A stretch of DNA of 64,000 bases, from NCBI RefSeq assembly GCF_006345805.1, contig NC_043005.1:77066001-77130000 (forward strand), written 5' to 3'. Of the stretch, positions 24,967-37,030 are shown piece by piece. Each line of letters starts with the position of its first letter. The first letter of the stretch is position 1. Under the pieces are notes generated by a model that saw only the letters and a program-made list of their open reading frames with translations, had not been told where the DNA came from and made no database searches. Origin of the DNA: Octopus sinensis (lineage: Eukaryota). The position numbers and the translations under genes were made by a program.

Positions 24967-25040
24967 CTTTTGCTGCTGCTGCGAATGATGATGATGATGA
25001 TGATGATGATGACGACGACGACGATGATGATGATGATGCG
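24545..25040. repeat. (CAT/CGT)n, (GCT)n and (GAT/GAC)n trinucleotide repeats
   Basis: Directly visible; source of the poly-H/D/S ORFs. Confidence 0.95.
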
Positions 25041-25518
25041 GAGGATCCACTAAAATTGGGGTCGGGCATATGATCTGTTGTGTCCCATCCTCGGTACTTG
25101 ATGAATTGTTATTTTATTAACCCTGAAAGGTTCAAAGTTCATGATGACCCAGACGGTAATTGACCCAAGAACTTTGGGAACAGAGTAAAAATGGAAAAAA
25201 AATCAAAGGCGTTTAGAGCGCTGGTTCACTGTAACTGCACAGATATCAATATAAATATTGCCTGAATATTAATTCAATAAATCATTCCACGCTGTTTTCA
25301 TGACATGTTTTTGTCAATATCTTTGAGAGACGAAGCTAAAACTATTGAGACTGTTCATAAAAAAATTGATAAAGAATATATCGCTTGCAAAGAAAATGTT
25401 TACCCGTTGAAGCTTGCACGCTCTGCATTTCGATCTTAGTAATTCGTGATCGAAAAGCAAAGAGGGTTATTGTTTGATTAATAATATATTTGCTTCTTTT
25501 TTTATATATTTCTTTCTT

Positions 25519-25629
25519 ATTTATTATTTCTTTATTGGAAATGTTGGAATCGTTCAATCTTTTTACAAGAAAATTTTGAGATCAATGCGACTGAAATTGA
25601 ATGTTTAATTGTTACATATTTCTTTGCAG
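25519..25629. repeat. 111-bp segment duplicated in inverted orientation at 27491-27601
   Basis: The reverse complement matches 27491-27601 with one mismatch. Confidence 0.95.
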
Positions 25630-26120
25630 TATTACCAACCGGCTTTTTTATACTATTCAAAGAGCTCTTTTGTATCTTTAATTAATTCTTAAGCTTTAAG
25701 CAGAAAAAATTATCATGGAAATAAAAAGATATCTTTGTAAAACAGATCAAAACAAATAAAAATATATAGAACAAAATAGTATTTTATTCCTTAGATAATG
25801 AACAAATTGATAGCAATAAACTAAATGTATTTAATTTCATAAGCTGTTTCCATCTGGTTTGGAGCTATAATAGAATTCATGAAGATTTAAGCCTTCGAGA
25901 CACAATATTTCTTTTTGCGAGTACTTTTAATGTTGTGTAGCCGTCAATTGATAGACGAACCACATAACATTGAATAGTTACAATATCTGACTATTTAGAC
26001 ATAAGGCCTGAGAGCAAAAATAGTATTGTATAATAAACGATCGATAGTCGAGCCTAGACATGTCTGTGTGGTTAAGAATACCTCTCACGATTGTTGGTTT
26101 GATGTTTAAATGAGCAATCT

Positions 26121-26151
<31 letters not shown>

Positions 26152-26241
26152 TAATAGACTATATAGAACCGAGGTAACTCATCCAGAAGTTATGCACAAA
26201 TAAATAGAAGAGTGCCATATCATGTGAAATTGGTTGAAACC

Positions 26242-26272
<31 letters not shown>

Positions 26273-26282
26273 TATTATTATT

Positions 26283-27309
26283 CAGTAGTTTTATTTTTAT
26301 AGCGTGCTTTCACTTCACTACCGAGCGCAGCTCTGTGTGCCTTGGGTATGTGCTGTGATTTGTTGTGATGCTCTGATGGTTATTGTATGGAAAGTGTTCT
26401 GCGTAGGATGTGTGCAGTGCCTAGTAGTGCAATTTTCTGTATGTTATATGTGTTTGTAAGTCCTGGTGTTTTTGTTATGTATTTGTCTGAATATTTTTTT
26501 GTCATGCCTAATGCACCTACTATGATAGGAATTGTTTCTGTTTTCAGATTCCACATTCTAGTTACCTCTATTTCCAGGTCTTTGTATTTTGAGAGTTTCT
26601 CCATTTCTTTTAGAGACACGTTGTCATCAGCCGGTATTGATACATCAATTAGAAAGCATTTTTTTTCTTCATGATCTCTGACAACTATATCTGGTCTGTT
26701 GGCCTTAATTTCTCTATCTGTGTGTATCGGCATATCCCAGAGTATGGTTGCTTTCTCGTTTTCTGTGACCTTTTCTGGTGTGTGCCTATACCATCTTTTT
26801 TCTGTTGTTATTCCATAATGTTGGCATAGCTTCCAATGTATGTAGGTTCCAACTCTGTCATGTCTGTGAATATATTCCTTCTTAGCCAGGACTGGGCAGC
26901 TAGAGATAATATGATTTATTGTTTCTTGTCCATCTCCACATATTCTGCAGTTACTTGTAATATTTCTTTTCATTACATGTTTTTGGTAATTTCTGGTGGG
27001 GAGGCTTTGGTCTTGTGCTGCAATTAAAAAATCCCTCTGTTTCTGCTTTGAGTCCTGAGCTTCTCAACCATTGCTGGGATTTTTCTTTGTCTATTTCTTT
27101 TGCGTTTAGTTTAGTCCAGTATTTACCATGAAGGGGCTTTTCTTGCCATCGTTTTATCATGGTTCGTTGCTGTTCTATTTTTAGTTTGGATTTCATTTGT
27201 TTTATAGCTTTTGTTGTTTCTTCATCTTCTTCTTCTTCTTCTTCTTCATGTTTATTAGGTGGTATGATTTCTTGTTTGTATTTGTCAGCTTCCTTAAATA
27301 CTGAGAACA

Positions 27310-27310
<1 letters not shown>
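26283..27310 (-). mobile_element. Young 5'-truncated R4/Dong-like RLE retrotransposon within a (TAA)n tract
   Basis: CRICGDGQETINHIISSC zinc knuckle and NRPDIVV..D..KYKDL..IIVGALG endonuclease motifs. One +1 frameshift in an A6 run at 27026-27031. (TTA)n on both sides. Confidence 0.9.
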
Positions 27311-27358
<48 letters not shown>

Positions 27359-27608
27359 TATTATTATTAAGGGGGCGAGTTGATAAAATCGTTAGTATAC
27401 CGGCCAGAATGCTCAGTGACATTTCGTCCGTCTTTACGTTCTGAGCTCAAATTCCGCCGAGGTCGACACTGCTTTTCATCCTTTCGGGGTCTGCAAAGAA
27501 ATATGTAACAATTAAACATTCAATTTCAGTTGCATTGATCTCAAAATTTTCTTGTAAAAAGATTGAACGATTCCAACATTTCCAATAAAGAAATAATAAA
27601 TCAGAAAT

Positions 27609-27756
27609 ACTTCTGGATGAGTTACCTCGGTCCTATATAGTCTTAGCAAAAAATGAAGGAGACTGACATGTAATTTTTGAACCTATGGAAGGCACGCTAG
27701 ATGCCGAAATATCATTCAACAAATTTCACCTGATATAGCACTCTTCTATTTATTTG
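27609..27756 (+). mobile_element. Penelope/retrozyme-like unit with a degenerate HHR
   Basis: ttgaac-ctatgga-a-GGCA(cgctaga)TGCC-GAAATATC-attcaa at about 27676-27719. Both ends also occur, permuted and inverted, at 26156-26190 and 26197-26238. Confidence 0.4.
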
Positions 27757-27757
27757 T

Positions 27758-27802
<45 letters not shown>

Positions 27803-27805
27803 TTA

Positions 27806-28362
27806 ATAAGTGCCCTCATGTAGTACCATGCACTGGCTCTCATGACTTTTCATCTTAACTGATTGGAAGTGTTATGATGTACATGTTTTGTCTTGGCATT
27901 AAAGATGCGCTACAGCAAATATTCTGCTCAATACCACAGATTTGCTTGTCAGTTGTTTGATCTTAATCAGTTTCCCTTAGAATCTGACAATATGTGTACC
28001 TCTAATCACGAGCAGGAGTAGTTGGCAAGCATCATAGCCATGTGTGTAGAGGAATTCTTGGAGGTTTGAATAATTCACCTTTAGAAACTTAGGTGTTTCG
28101 TTCGTCATCCTTAAACAAAGCTTATTCAAGGACCTGTTGAGCGGGATGAGCAACTCGACTTGAAGAAAATTCTAACTGCCCCGACTGCAAGGTCATGCGC
28201 TGTTTATCATGATATGAGATCACCATATCGTGCACATATGATTGTGATGCATGAGCCTGGTGTACCCTTATCAGACGGGTAGTCATGATGGGTACATTGG
28301 GCTTCGTATATTTTACCCCCGGGTGACTTTGATGACATGCACTGCTCTCTCACTCAACAATA
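27806..28362. mobile_element. Non-coding interspersed element flanked by (AAT)n
   Basis: About 550 bp of higher-complexity sequence bounded by AAT repeats on both sides. I recall it as an octopus repeat, but this is not verifiable from the window. Confidence 0.35.
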
Positions 28363-28982
28363 ATAGTAATAATCTTTTCTAATATAGGCACAAAGCCTGG
28401 AAGTTGAGGGAAAGGAGCAGTGAATCAAACTGACCCCAGTACTTCACTGGTACTTATTGGTGCTTAACGGAATTTCATCCTCTGTTACATTCTGAGTTCA
28501 AATTCCGCCGAGGTCGACTTTGCTTTTTATCCTTTAGTAATAGATAAAATATGTACGAGTTAAACACTAGGGCCGATGTAATCGACTTACTCGCTACACT
28601 GAAATTGCTGGCCTTGTGTCAAAATTTGAAATCAATACTATTATTATTACTACTGTATTTATGCAGCAAGCTAACAGAATTGGCAGCGCCTCGGAGAAAA
28701 AAATACTTAACGGCATTTCTGCCGGCTGTTTCCGTTTTGAGTTGAAATCCCGATGAGGTCAACTTTTCCTTTGGATCGAGGAAATAATGCACAGCCAAGT
28801 ACCGTGGTATATGCAGTTGATTTATCCCTTCCCTTAAGAATTTCTGGCCAAATGCCAAAATGAGAAAAATTCCTTATTATAGTTGTTTTGTCGTGAATAT
28901 AAATTCCATTGCAAAAACTGCATTTCAGTTTCGTTAGTTATGCTCTCGTCAGGCACGTTACAGTGAAAAGCGTACCAGAAGT

Positions 28983-29338
28983 GGATGGAAGCACTCCGTC
29001 GGTTACGACGACGAGGGTTCCGTTTGATCCGATCAACGGAACAGCCTGCTCGTGAAATTAACGTGTAAGTGGCTGAGCACTCCACAGACACGTGTACCCT
29101 TAACGTAGTTCTCGGGGATATTCAGCGTGACACAGAGAGTGGCAAGGCCGGCCCTTTGAAATACAGGTACAACAGAAACAGGAAGTAAACGTGAGAGAAA
29201 GTTGCGGTGAAAGAGTACATCAGGGATCACTTTTAGGTGTTTTCGCTCATTAAACACTCACAACGCCCGGTCTGGGAATCGAAACCGCGATCCTACGACC
29301 GCGAGTCCGCTGCCTAACCACTGGGCCATTGCGCCACG
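28983..29338 (-). mobile_element. SINE family B (tRNA-Arg-like head), near full length, 11-bp TSD
   Basis: TSD gtaccagaagt at 28972-28982 and 29339-29349. A box tggcccagtgg, B box ggtttcgattc. Small internal deletion versus 30944-31328. Confidence 0.9.
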
Positions 29339-29552
29339 GTACCAGAAGTATATTTGTTGCAACACATTCGTTCTGAATTCTTGTTATACCAAACTGGGAT
29401 TTGTTTGTCATCCCTTTACTGTCGATAAAATAAGAACCACTTCGGCACTAGGCTGGATGTAAGCAACTAACTCCTCTAAAATTGTTGGCTGTGTAACGAA
29501 GTTTGAAGCAAACTTCGAGTTATTGTTTTTTGAAGCAACGTTCTTATTAACA

Positions 29553-29622
<70 letters not shown>

Positions 29623-29783
29623 CCTACCTACCTACCTACCTATCTATCTACCTATCTATCTATCCATCTATTTATGTATGTATGTATGTATTTATCTATT
29701 TATTTACCTATATATATATATATATCTACCTATTTATCTATCTATTTATCTATCAATTTATGTATGTATTTATCTATCTATCT

Positions 29784-29874
<91 letters not shown>

Positions 29875-30399
29875 GAGAAAGAGAGAGATGGATAGATAGA
29901 TAAACAAACAAGCTATATAGAACAAACGATCGATCGACAGAACGATAAATTATAAAAATTGGTATATTGATTCGTTAATTGATTGATTGATATGTAGGTA
30001 AGAGCTTGAAAACTCTGTATATCGATCAATTGAACTGAATCAGCAAATCTTTAGAACATGATACATTTGGAAGGAAATAAAAGTTCTCGATAGCTTCCTC
30101 CCGAACTGATTGGGTTGAGTATGGCCTTGACGTTTGATAATAACATCCATGTTAAGCGTACTTTAAAGAGACAGAATAATAATGATTTTCAGTTCTGACT
30201 CACCTTATTATTAGTTGCTGATTTATGTCAAATACAAATTTTCATCTACTGACACTTATTTTGCAGTAGAAATACCAAATTGCACTTTAGAAACACACAC
30301 ACCTTCACATACGTGCAAACGCACTGACACGTGCACATACATTACACATACTGTCATAAGCGTACAGCTATATACACAGACATATAAATACATACACAT

Positions 30400-30898
30400 T
30401 TATACATATATATTTACATATATACACGCATATACATACATATATACGTATATATATATACATATATATATATAAACGTATATATATACATATATATATA
30501 TACATATATATATACATATATATATACATATATACATATATATGTACATATATATATATACATATATACATATATATATACATATATATATATACATATA
30601 TATATACATATATATACATACATATATACATATATATATATACATATATACATATATATATACATATATATACATACATATATACATATATATATACATA
30701 TATACATATATATATACATATATATACATATATATACATACATATATACATATATCATATATATATACATATATATACATACATATACATATATATACAT
30801 ACATATATACATATATATATACATATATACATATATATATACATATATATACATAATATATACATATATATATACATATATATACATACTATATACAT

Positions 30899-30940
<42 letters not shown>
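30400..30940. repeat. (TATATACA)n-like AT minisatellite
   Basis: Directly visible. Confidence 0.95.
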
Positions 30941-30941
<1 letters not shown>

Positions 30942-30943
30942 GA

Positions 30944-31328
30944 GTGGAGGTGCAATGGCCCAGTGGTTAGGGCAGCGGACTCGCGGTCGTAGGATCGCGG
31001 TTTCGATTCCCAGACCGGGAGTTGTGAGTGTTTATTGAGCGAAAACACCTAAAGCTCCACGAGGCTCCGGCAGGGGATGGTGGTGATCCCTGCTGTACTC
31101 TTTCACCACAACTTTCTCTCGCCCTTACTTCCTGTTTCTGTTGTACCTGTATTTCAAAGGGCCGGCCTTGTCACTCTCTGTGTCACGCTGAATATCCCCG
31201 AGAACTACGTTAAGGGTACACGTGTCTGTGGAGTGCTCAGCCACTTACACGTTAATTTCACGAGCAGGCTGTTCCGTTGATTCGGATCAACCGGAACCCT
31301 CGTCGTCGTAACCGACGGAGTGCTTCCA
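30944..31328 (+). mobile_element. SINE family B, full length
   Basis: gtggaggtgcaatggcccagtggttagggcagcggactcgcgg...ccctcgtcgtcgtaaccgacggagtgcttcca; highly similar to 28983-29338 and 61463-61847. Confidence 0.9.
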
Positions 31329-31423
31329 AAAAAAAAAAAAAATTCCAAAATATACATATATACGCATACATACATATATATAAATATATGCACACGTACA
31401 CACACATACACACACACATATAT

Positions 31424-31760
31424 ATTCTTTTATTTGTTTCTGTCATTTGACTGTGGCCATGCTGGAGCACCGCGTTTAGTCGAGCAAATCAACCTCAGGA
31501 CTTATTATTTGTAAGCTTACTTATTCTATCGGTTCTCTTGTCGAAACGCTAAGTGGCGTGGACGTAAATACACCAAAATCGGTTGTCAAGCGATGGTGTT
31601 GGGGTGACAAACACAGACACACAAACATATACATATATATATAAAAATATATATGACAAGCTATAATAGGAGACACCTGCCAAGGTGCCACGCAGTGTGA
31701 CTGAACCCAGAACCATGTGGTTGGTAAGCAAGCTACTTAGCACACAGGCACTCCTGCACC
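31424..31760 (-). mobile_element. SINE family C, near full length
   Basis: tRNA-like head (ggtgcaggagtgcctgtgtg...ggttcagtcac), internal AT/GT linker, and tail gcggtgctccagcatggccacagtcaaatgac. Confidence 0.85.
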
Positions 31761-31821
31761 AATTGCCACTCATGAGACTATATATATATATATAATTCTG
31801 ATTATTTTCCGTTTGTTATTT

Positions 31822-32548
31822 ACTTAGCCCGTTTGTAACGCTTTCACTTGATAAGTTGAAGGGAAAGGCAAAGAGCGAGAGAAAAAGGAGAAAGAAAAAG
31901 GAGAGAGAAAAGAGAGTAAAGTGAAGAGTGAGAGAGAAAGAGGGAGAAAGAAAAGAGAGAGAAGCGTCCATGATGTGAGGCAGTGACAACGTAAACATTA
32001 GTTGAAGGTAGTGATACAGAGAAGGTGAGTTATAAATACAAGTTCTGCAAAGGGGTGATTAACAGTCGATTGGAGTTGAGTCGATGGTTCCTATGACAGC
32101 ATCCAACAGATGTTGAAAGGCCCACAACAATAGCTGAGATTTGTTTGCACCAACACTCGGGCAGCCGGAAGCACTTAAAGGGTAACTTCCACTACTACTC
32201 CTACCCTACTACTAATATAACGTCGTCCCAGCACAAATGGTGAAGAGTTTATAGCAATAGCTGGGGGAGGGGGTAAACAAACGCGTGGTACGTTGATAAC
32301 ACCTAAGTTAGGAGAGCGACTGCTGCTGTAACATAAACGCTAGGGAATTTAAATGGGTTAACGGAACCCATTTTACTAAACTCCCTGCATTGTCATGAGC
32401 TTTCTATTTTCCTTTCTTTTTGACTTCTTCGATATTATAATGCTTCGAGCGAACTACCACAATGCTGGTCTCGTTTTTCTCCCATTTTTCCTCTCGCTCT
32501 TAGCCTTTCCCTTCAACTAATCAAGTAAAAGCGTTACAAACGATCTAA

Positions 32549-32550
<2 letters not shown>
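31822..32550. mobile_element. MITE-like element with about 70-bp TIRs
   Basis: acttagcccgtttgtaacgctttcacttgataagttgaagggaaaggc versus the reverse complement of gcctttcccttcaactaatcaagtaaaagcgttacaaacgatctaagt. No TSD identified. Confidence 0.7.
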
Positions 32551-32589
<39 letters not shown>

Positions 32590-32593
<4 letters not shown>

Positions 32594-32890
32594 GGTCCCG
32601 GGTTGATTCGGGGTTAACCACAGTAAATAAGGTACTCAATACATAGCAGAGTAAAATTAATTTATTATATAGAAGGAGCTTCTACAGGACTAGAACTGTT
32701 TCATTCAAGAGAAATCTTCAGGAAGCTAGTTAACAAGAATTGTATTGGCATTTATACATTTAGGCAGGTTTAAAGGGGTGTTGGTGGGGGACTTTTTGGG
32801 GGTAGGCATAGCGCAAAATATCATACTTGGGGGAGTGGTCAAGGAGTCAGTGTTAAATTAGATAGAAGAATAAATAAAAAAATAAAAAAA
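32590..32890 (-). mobile_element. Penelope-type terminal repeat (pLTR-like)
   Basis: Minus strand reads TATAAAT, then the HHR, then AATAAA, the order expected for a PLE terminal repeat. Inserted in (AT)n. Confidence 0.6.
32677..32727 (-). ncRNA. Type I hammerhead ribozyme
   Basis: AGCUUC-CUGAAGA-U-UUC(UCUU)GAA-U-GAA-ACAG(UUCUAGUC)CUGU-A^GAAGCU. 6-bp stem I, 4-bp stem III, complete CUGANGA/GAAA core, GUA triplet. Atypical U-U closes stem II. Confidence 0.75.
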
Positions 32891-32927
<37 letters not shown>

Positions 32928-35900
32928 CAATTCAAAACAATTTTTACCTATCATTTTTTAAAAATACTTCCCATCATCTCCTAAATCTTTTTCAATATAC
33001 ATACTGGCCAGCGCGCGCAAACACACGCACACACAGATAAACATACACAAATACACAAAAAACATCACAAAAAACACACACACAAACACACACACACTCA
33101 CACACACGTACAAAAGAAAACATCACAAACGCACACACACACATACACAAAAAGGAAAACATCACAAAAACACACATACACACAGGTGGAAACACTCTAA
33201 AGAATACATCTAACCTAAAGAAAAATCCTAATTCTTTTTGCAACAAGAGAAATTCTTCACAACATACACACCCTTACGATCGTAAGGCAAATACCCTAAC
33301 CAGTAAGCCACGCGTCTTCGTCTGCTCTTGCGCCCGCGCGTGCCCGTATGTGTACCACTAACTTTTACTTCTCTTTCGCTTTTAGAGTGAATTGCAATAA
33401 ATTTATTGCTTATTTCATGGAGTTTATCACAATATCACATTCGGAGATATCAGTTCTTGAATTTATGATCCGAACTCCTACCGTTACTTATCACGAGATA
33501 TTTCCGTTAGCTCTATTCTCATTATTAGTTAAGCATATCATATGTAGCCAAACATATATAAACAATGATTCTATATGTAAATATATGCCCAATGATTTGC
33601 AGGATTGAATGAATACTATTCTGCTGAGGTGAACCAATAGAATAACATATTTATCCGTAGTGGTCTCTTACCTACTTATCAAGGTCACAGTACCCTTTTC
33701 TCAAACATGTAAATTCACTTCGAAAATAAATTATTAATTCTGTAAAATTAATCTCCCCTCTCTCTTAAAACTCGCTTAACATTTGCAACAGTTTATTACT
33801 GTCTTTGCCCATCATTTGGAGAGGAATCAATTTTATTAAGCTATTATTACATACGGCTTTCATTATAGCGTCTTGAAATTTTATGCCTATGTGTATATAT
33901 GTATGTGTGTGTATGTGCGTTTGTGTGTGTGTGTGTGTGTATGTGCGTTTGAGTCTGTTTGTGTTTGTGTGCGTGTATGTATATATATATACATATATAT
34001 ATGTAGGTATATATATGTATATATATATGTGTGTGTATATAACCCACACATATATTTATATACATATATGAATATATACCTACATATATATATATATATA
34101 TATCCATTATATATATATGTATTATGTACACATACACGCGCACACACAAGCACACATACTCACACACACACACGCACATATACACACACTTACGCACAAA
34201 CACACACACGTATGTATATATTCATATATAGGATGTATCTTTAGTCGATTCATAGCTATTGAATGTTGAGTATTACCTCAAGTGTTATTGAAATTTCAGC
34301 ATTCACGTTACGGAACGTGTTCCAAAAGAATTTGCGATTATTGAAATCCGTGTAAATGTTATCTTTTATAACCCTAAAGAATAAAGAAAAATAGTTTTAA
34401 TATGCTCGATAAATCCTGGTCATGTGTGAGTACGTTCTGTTAATCCAAAAGGCCAAGCTCATTATTTATTTACAGTAAATATATTAAGGTGAGTTCTATC
34501 TCTTGAAGGGACTAAATAGAAATGGAATATTGGTTTTATATTTTGATACAAGGCCAGCGATTTCGAGGGAGAAGTGTAAGACGATGACATCAACCCCATT
34601 GCTCAATTGGCACTTATTTAATCGAGCTCAAAAGGCAAAGTCTACCTCGGCGGAATTTGAACTCAAAACGTAAAGTCGGACGAAATACCGCCAGTGTAAT
34701 TATTCTTCTATTTAACTAAAATAGAAATGAAATATGTATAAGAAAATATGAAATTTTAAGATTCCACGCTTAGAAAATGCACGGCAATTATATTTGATAT
34801 CATATATTGTAATACTTGTTAGCTGCTACAGGTTATAATATTTCCTCCAAATGCATTATATATATGAACAATTTCAGCATAGAAGTTGTTTGTAAGCCAT
34901 TCAAGAACACAAAATCCGTTAGTTTTACTTCGACATTTAAAAATTCATTTGTGTCAAAAGATTTTATTCGCTTTGAAACCGCAACCTGTTCACTGACAAA
35001 ACTTCGTGCTGCATCTCATATTTAATGTTGTATGTTTACTTAGATTATGTGTTATACAACTATTTTATAGACTTGTAGCGATAGGACTAACCTCAATTAT
35101 GCGTAAAAACCGTAAAATTTAGCGAGTCAGACTTGCTATGAAATCAGTTGTCAGGCAGACAGTTAGACGTTGAATGAAACGAAAGGTGGATTGTGAAGTT
35201 TTTAATAATATATTATCTGTGAAGTCAGAAATAAAGTGTCGTATATATTTAGAAATAATTTATTTCTATATGACTGGTTCATAGTTAAAAACGCCTTTAT
35301 TCGCTTATTACTTCTATAAGTCAGGAACAGAGATTCCATGCTGTCGCTGAGCTGCTAAATATTGGTTACAAATTTTGGCCCATGGTCAATAATTTTGGAG
35401 GAAGAGAGGCTAAGACGATTACATCAATCTCAGTACTAAAGTGGTACTTATTTAATCGACACCGAAATGATGACGGACAAGGTCGATCTCGATGCAGTTT
35501 CAACTCAGAACGTAAAGCATAAATGCTGCTAAGCACTGTGACCGACGTTCAAACGTTCCTGCAAGAAAGTAGGTTTAAAGCTGTTTAATATTTTGGCACA
35601 AGAGCAGTTATTTCGAGAGAAGTGCTTAGTCTACCAGTGTCCGAAGTTTCAAAGTGTTTAAAGAAAATTAATTAATCGACCTGCCCATGAAAAGGAAAGA
35701 TCTTTTAACCCATTCCATCGGTCTGTTTTGCTGAAATGCTACGTTACGGGGACGTGAACACACTAATACCGCTTGTCAAGTGGTAGTGGGTACAAACAAT
35801 GCCCCCCTCCCATATATATATATATATATATACTAATATAGGATGAAGTTTTTTTTACAGAAAAATTCCATCAAAAAGTGTGGCAGCATATTAAAATACC

Positions 35901-36659
35901 TTTACGGTTAAAATTATAAACAAATTATATATAAGGGCTAAAGAATATGCCAATATGCTGATAACAGAGTATTAAATCGTCAATTTCCACATATTATTTA
36001 CTCGCTACAGGAAAGAAAAAAAATGGAAATTGACGATTTAATAGTCTGTTATCAGCATATTGGCATTGAAATAATTTATATATATATATACGGCAGGCGT
36101 CTTTCAGCTTCCGTTTACTAATAGAAATCCACTTACAAGGTTTTGGTCGGCATAAGACTTGTAGAATATATTTGGCCAAGGTACTTTGCCTTAAGACTAA
36201 ACCCGTAACCATGTGGCTGGGAAGCAAACTTCTTAGTACAATACCACGCCTATCGTATTTTTTAAAAAAATTGAAAAATATATTCGGTGATTTGGACTTA
36301 GGTAAACTATAATTGAAAAAATAAGTCAATCCTTTGCACTTACCAACGAAAACGCTACACCAGGCATTGCCAGATCTGCAGTGATCGCTAGGGTTGATAA
36401 AGCCGGGGCTTTACATGGATTCTATGTCATATAATTGATATATTAGACGATTTCAATATTTCTCTACGAACGAGACTCTGAATTGTTCAGGGTTATCTTC
36501 CCTGGTATGAGTGGAACTGGTTTTATAGTTGAAACTGGAACAACGAGAAATGAAGGGTTTTGCTCAAAAACGCAATTTACCCTTCTGTCCAGAAATTGAT
36601 GTCATGATCACATTATCGTGAGTGTCGCACCCTAATTATTAAACCACGCGCTTCCACCG

Positions 36660-37030
36660 TGAAATGCGTATCTGTCTCAAATAGTTACTTAATCTCCCTC
36701 AAATCACGCTGTAATTTTAAAAAACAGAAAAGTATGTTGGATTATTTACGCATTGGCGAATGACGGCTGAAAATTCTATCACCTAAACGTACTTGCAAAC
36801 AAAGAAACCCTTGTGTTCTTTGTCTTCATGCCTGAAATATTTACCTAATCTCCCTCAAATCATGATTTATTTTAAAGAACTGCAAAGTAGATTGGATAAT
36901 TTTGTTAAAGATAAATTATGGCTGAAAACTATGTCAGGAATATGAACTTGTCAACAAAAGCTCAACACTGGTTCGTCTAGCTGCCTGAAATAGCTATTTA
37001 ATCTCCCTAAATCACATTCTACTTTCTTTA
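36660..37030. repeat. Three degenerate tandem units (about 160 bp) of an interspersed repeat
   Basis: Recurring gaaatag..taatctccctcaaatca..ttggataat. Related pieces occur at about 890, 16560, 16790 and 61250. Confidence 0.55.

Noticed and set aside
24541-25069. Poly-Asp/His/Ser/Ala ORFs
   Set aside because: Trinucleotide repeats open in several frames on both strands, with no splice or domain support.
28280-28330. Possible HDV-like ribozyme at the end of the AAT-flanked element
   Set aside because: Only a simple hairpin; the nested double-pseudoknot elements cannot be placed.
30944-31020. tRNA-like sequences (also 28983-29338, 46840, 61463-61847, 62994, 63057)
   Set aside because: No closed acceptor stem; they continue into shared SINE bodies, so they are SINE heads, not tRNA genes.
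34426-34495. Two GTGAGT donors and a possible 13-nt microexon (34476-34488)
   Set aside because: The upstream intron would be about 50 bp and no compatible open exon exists; motifs this short are expected by chance.
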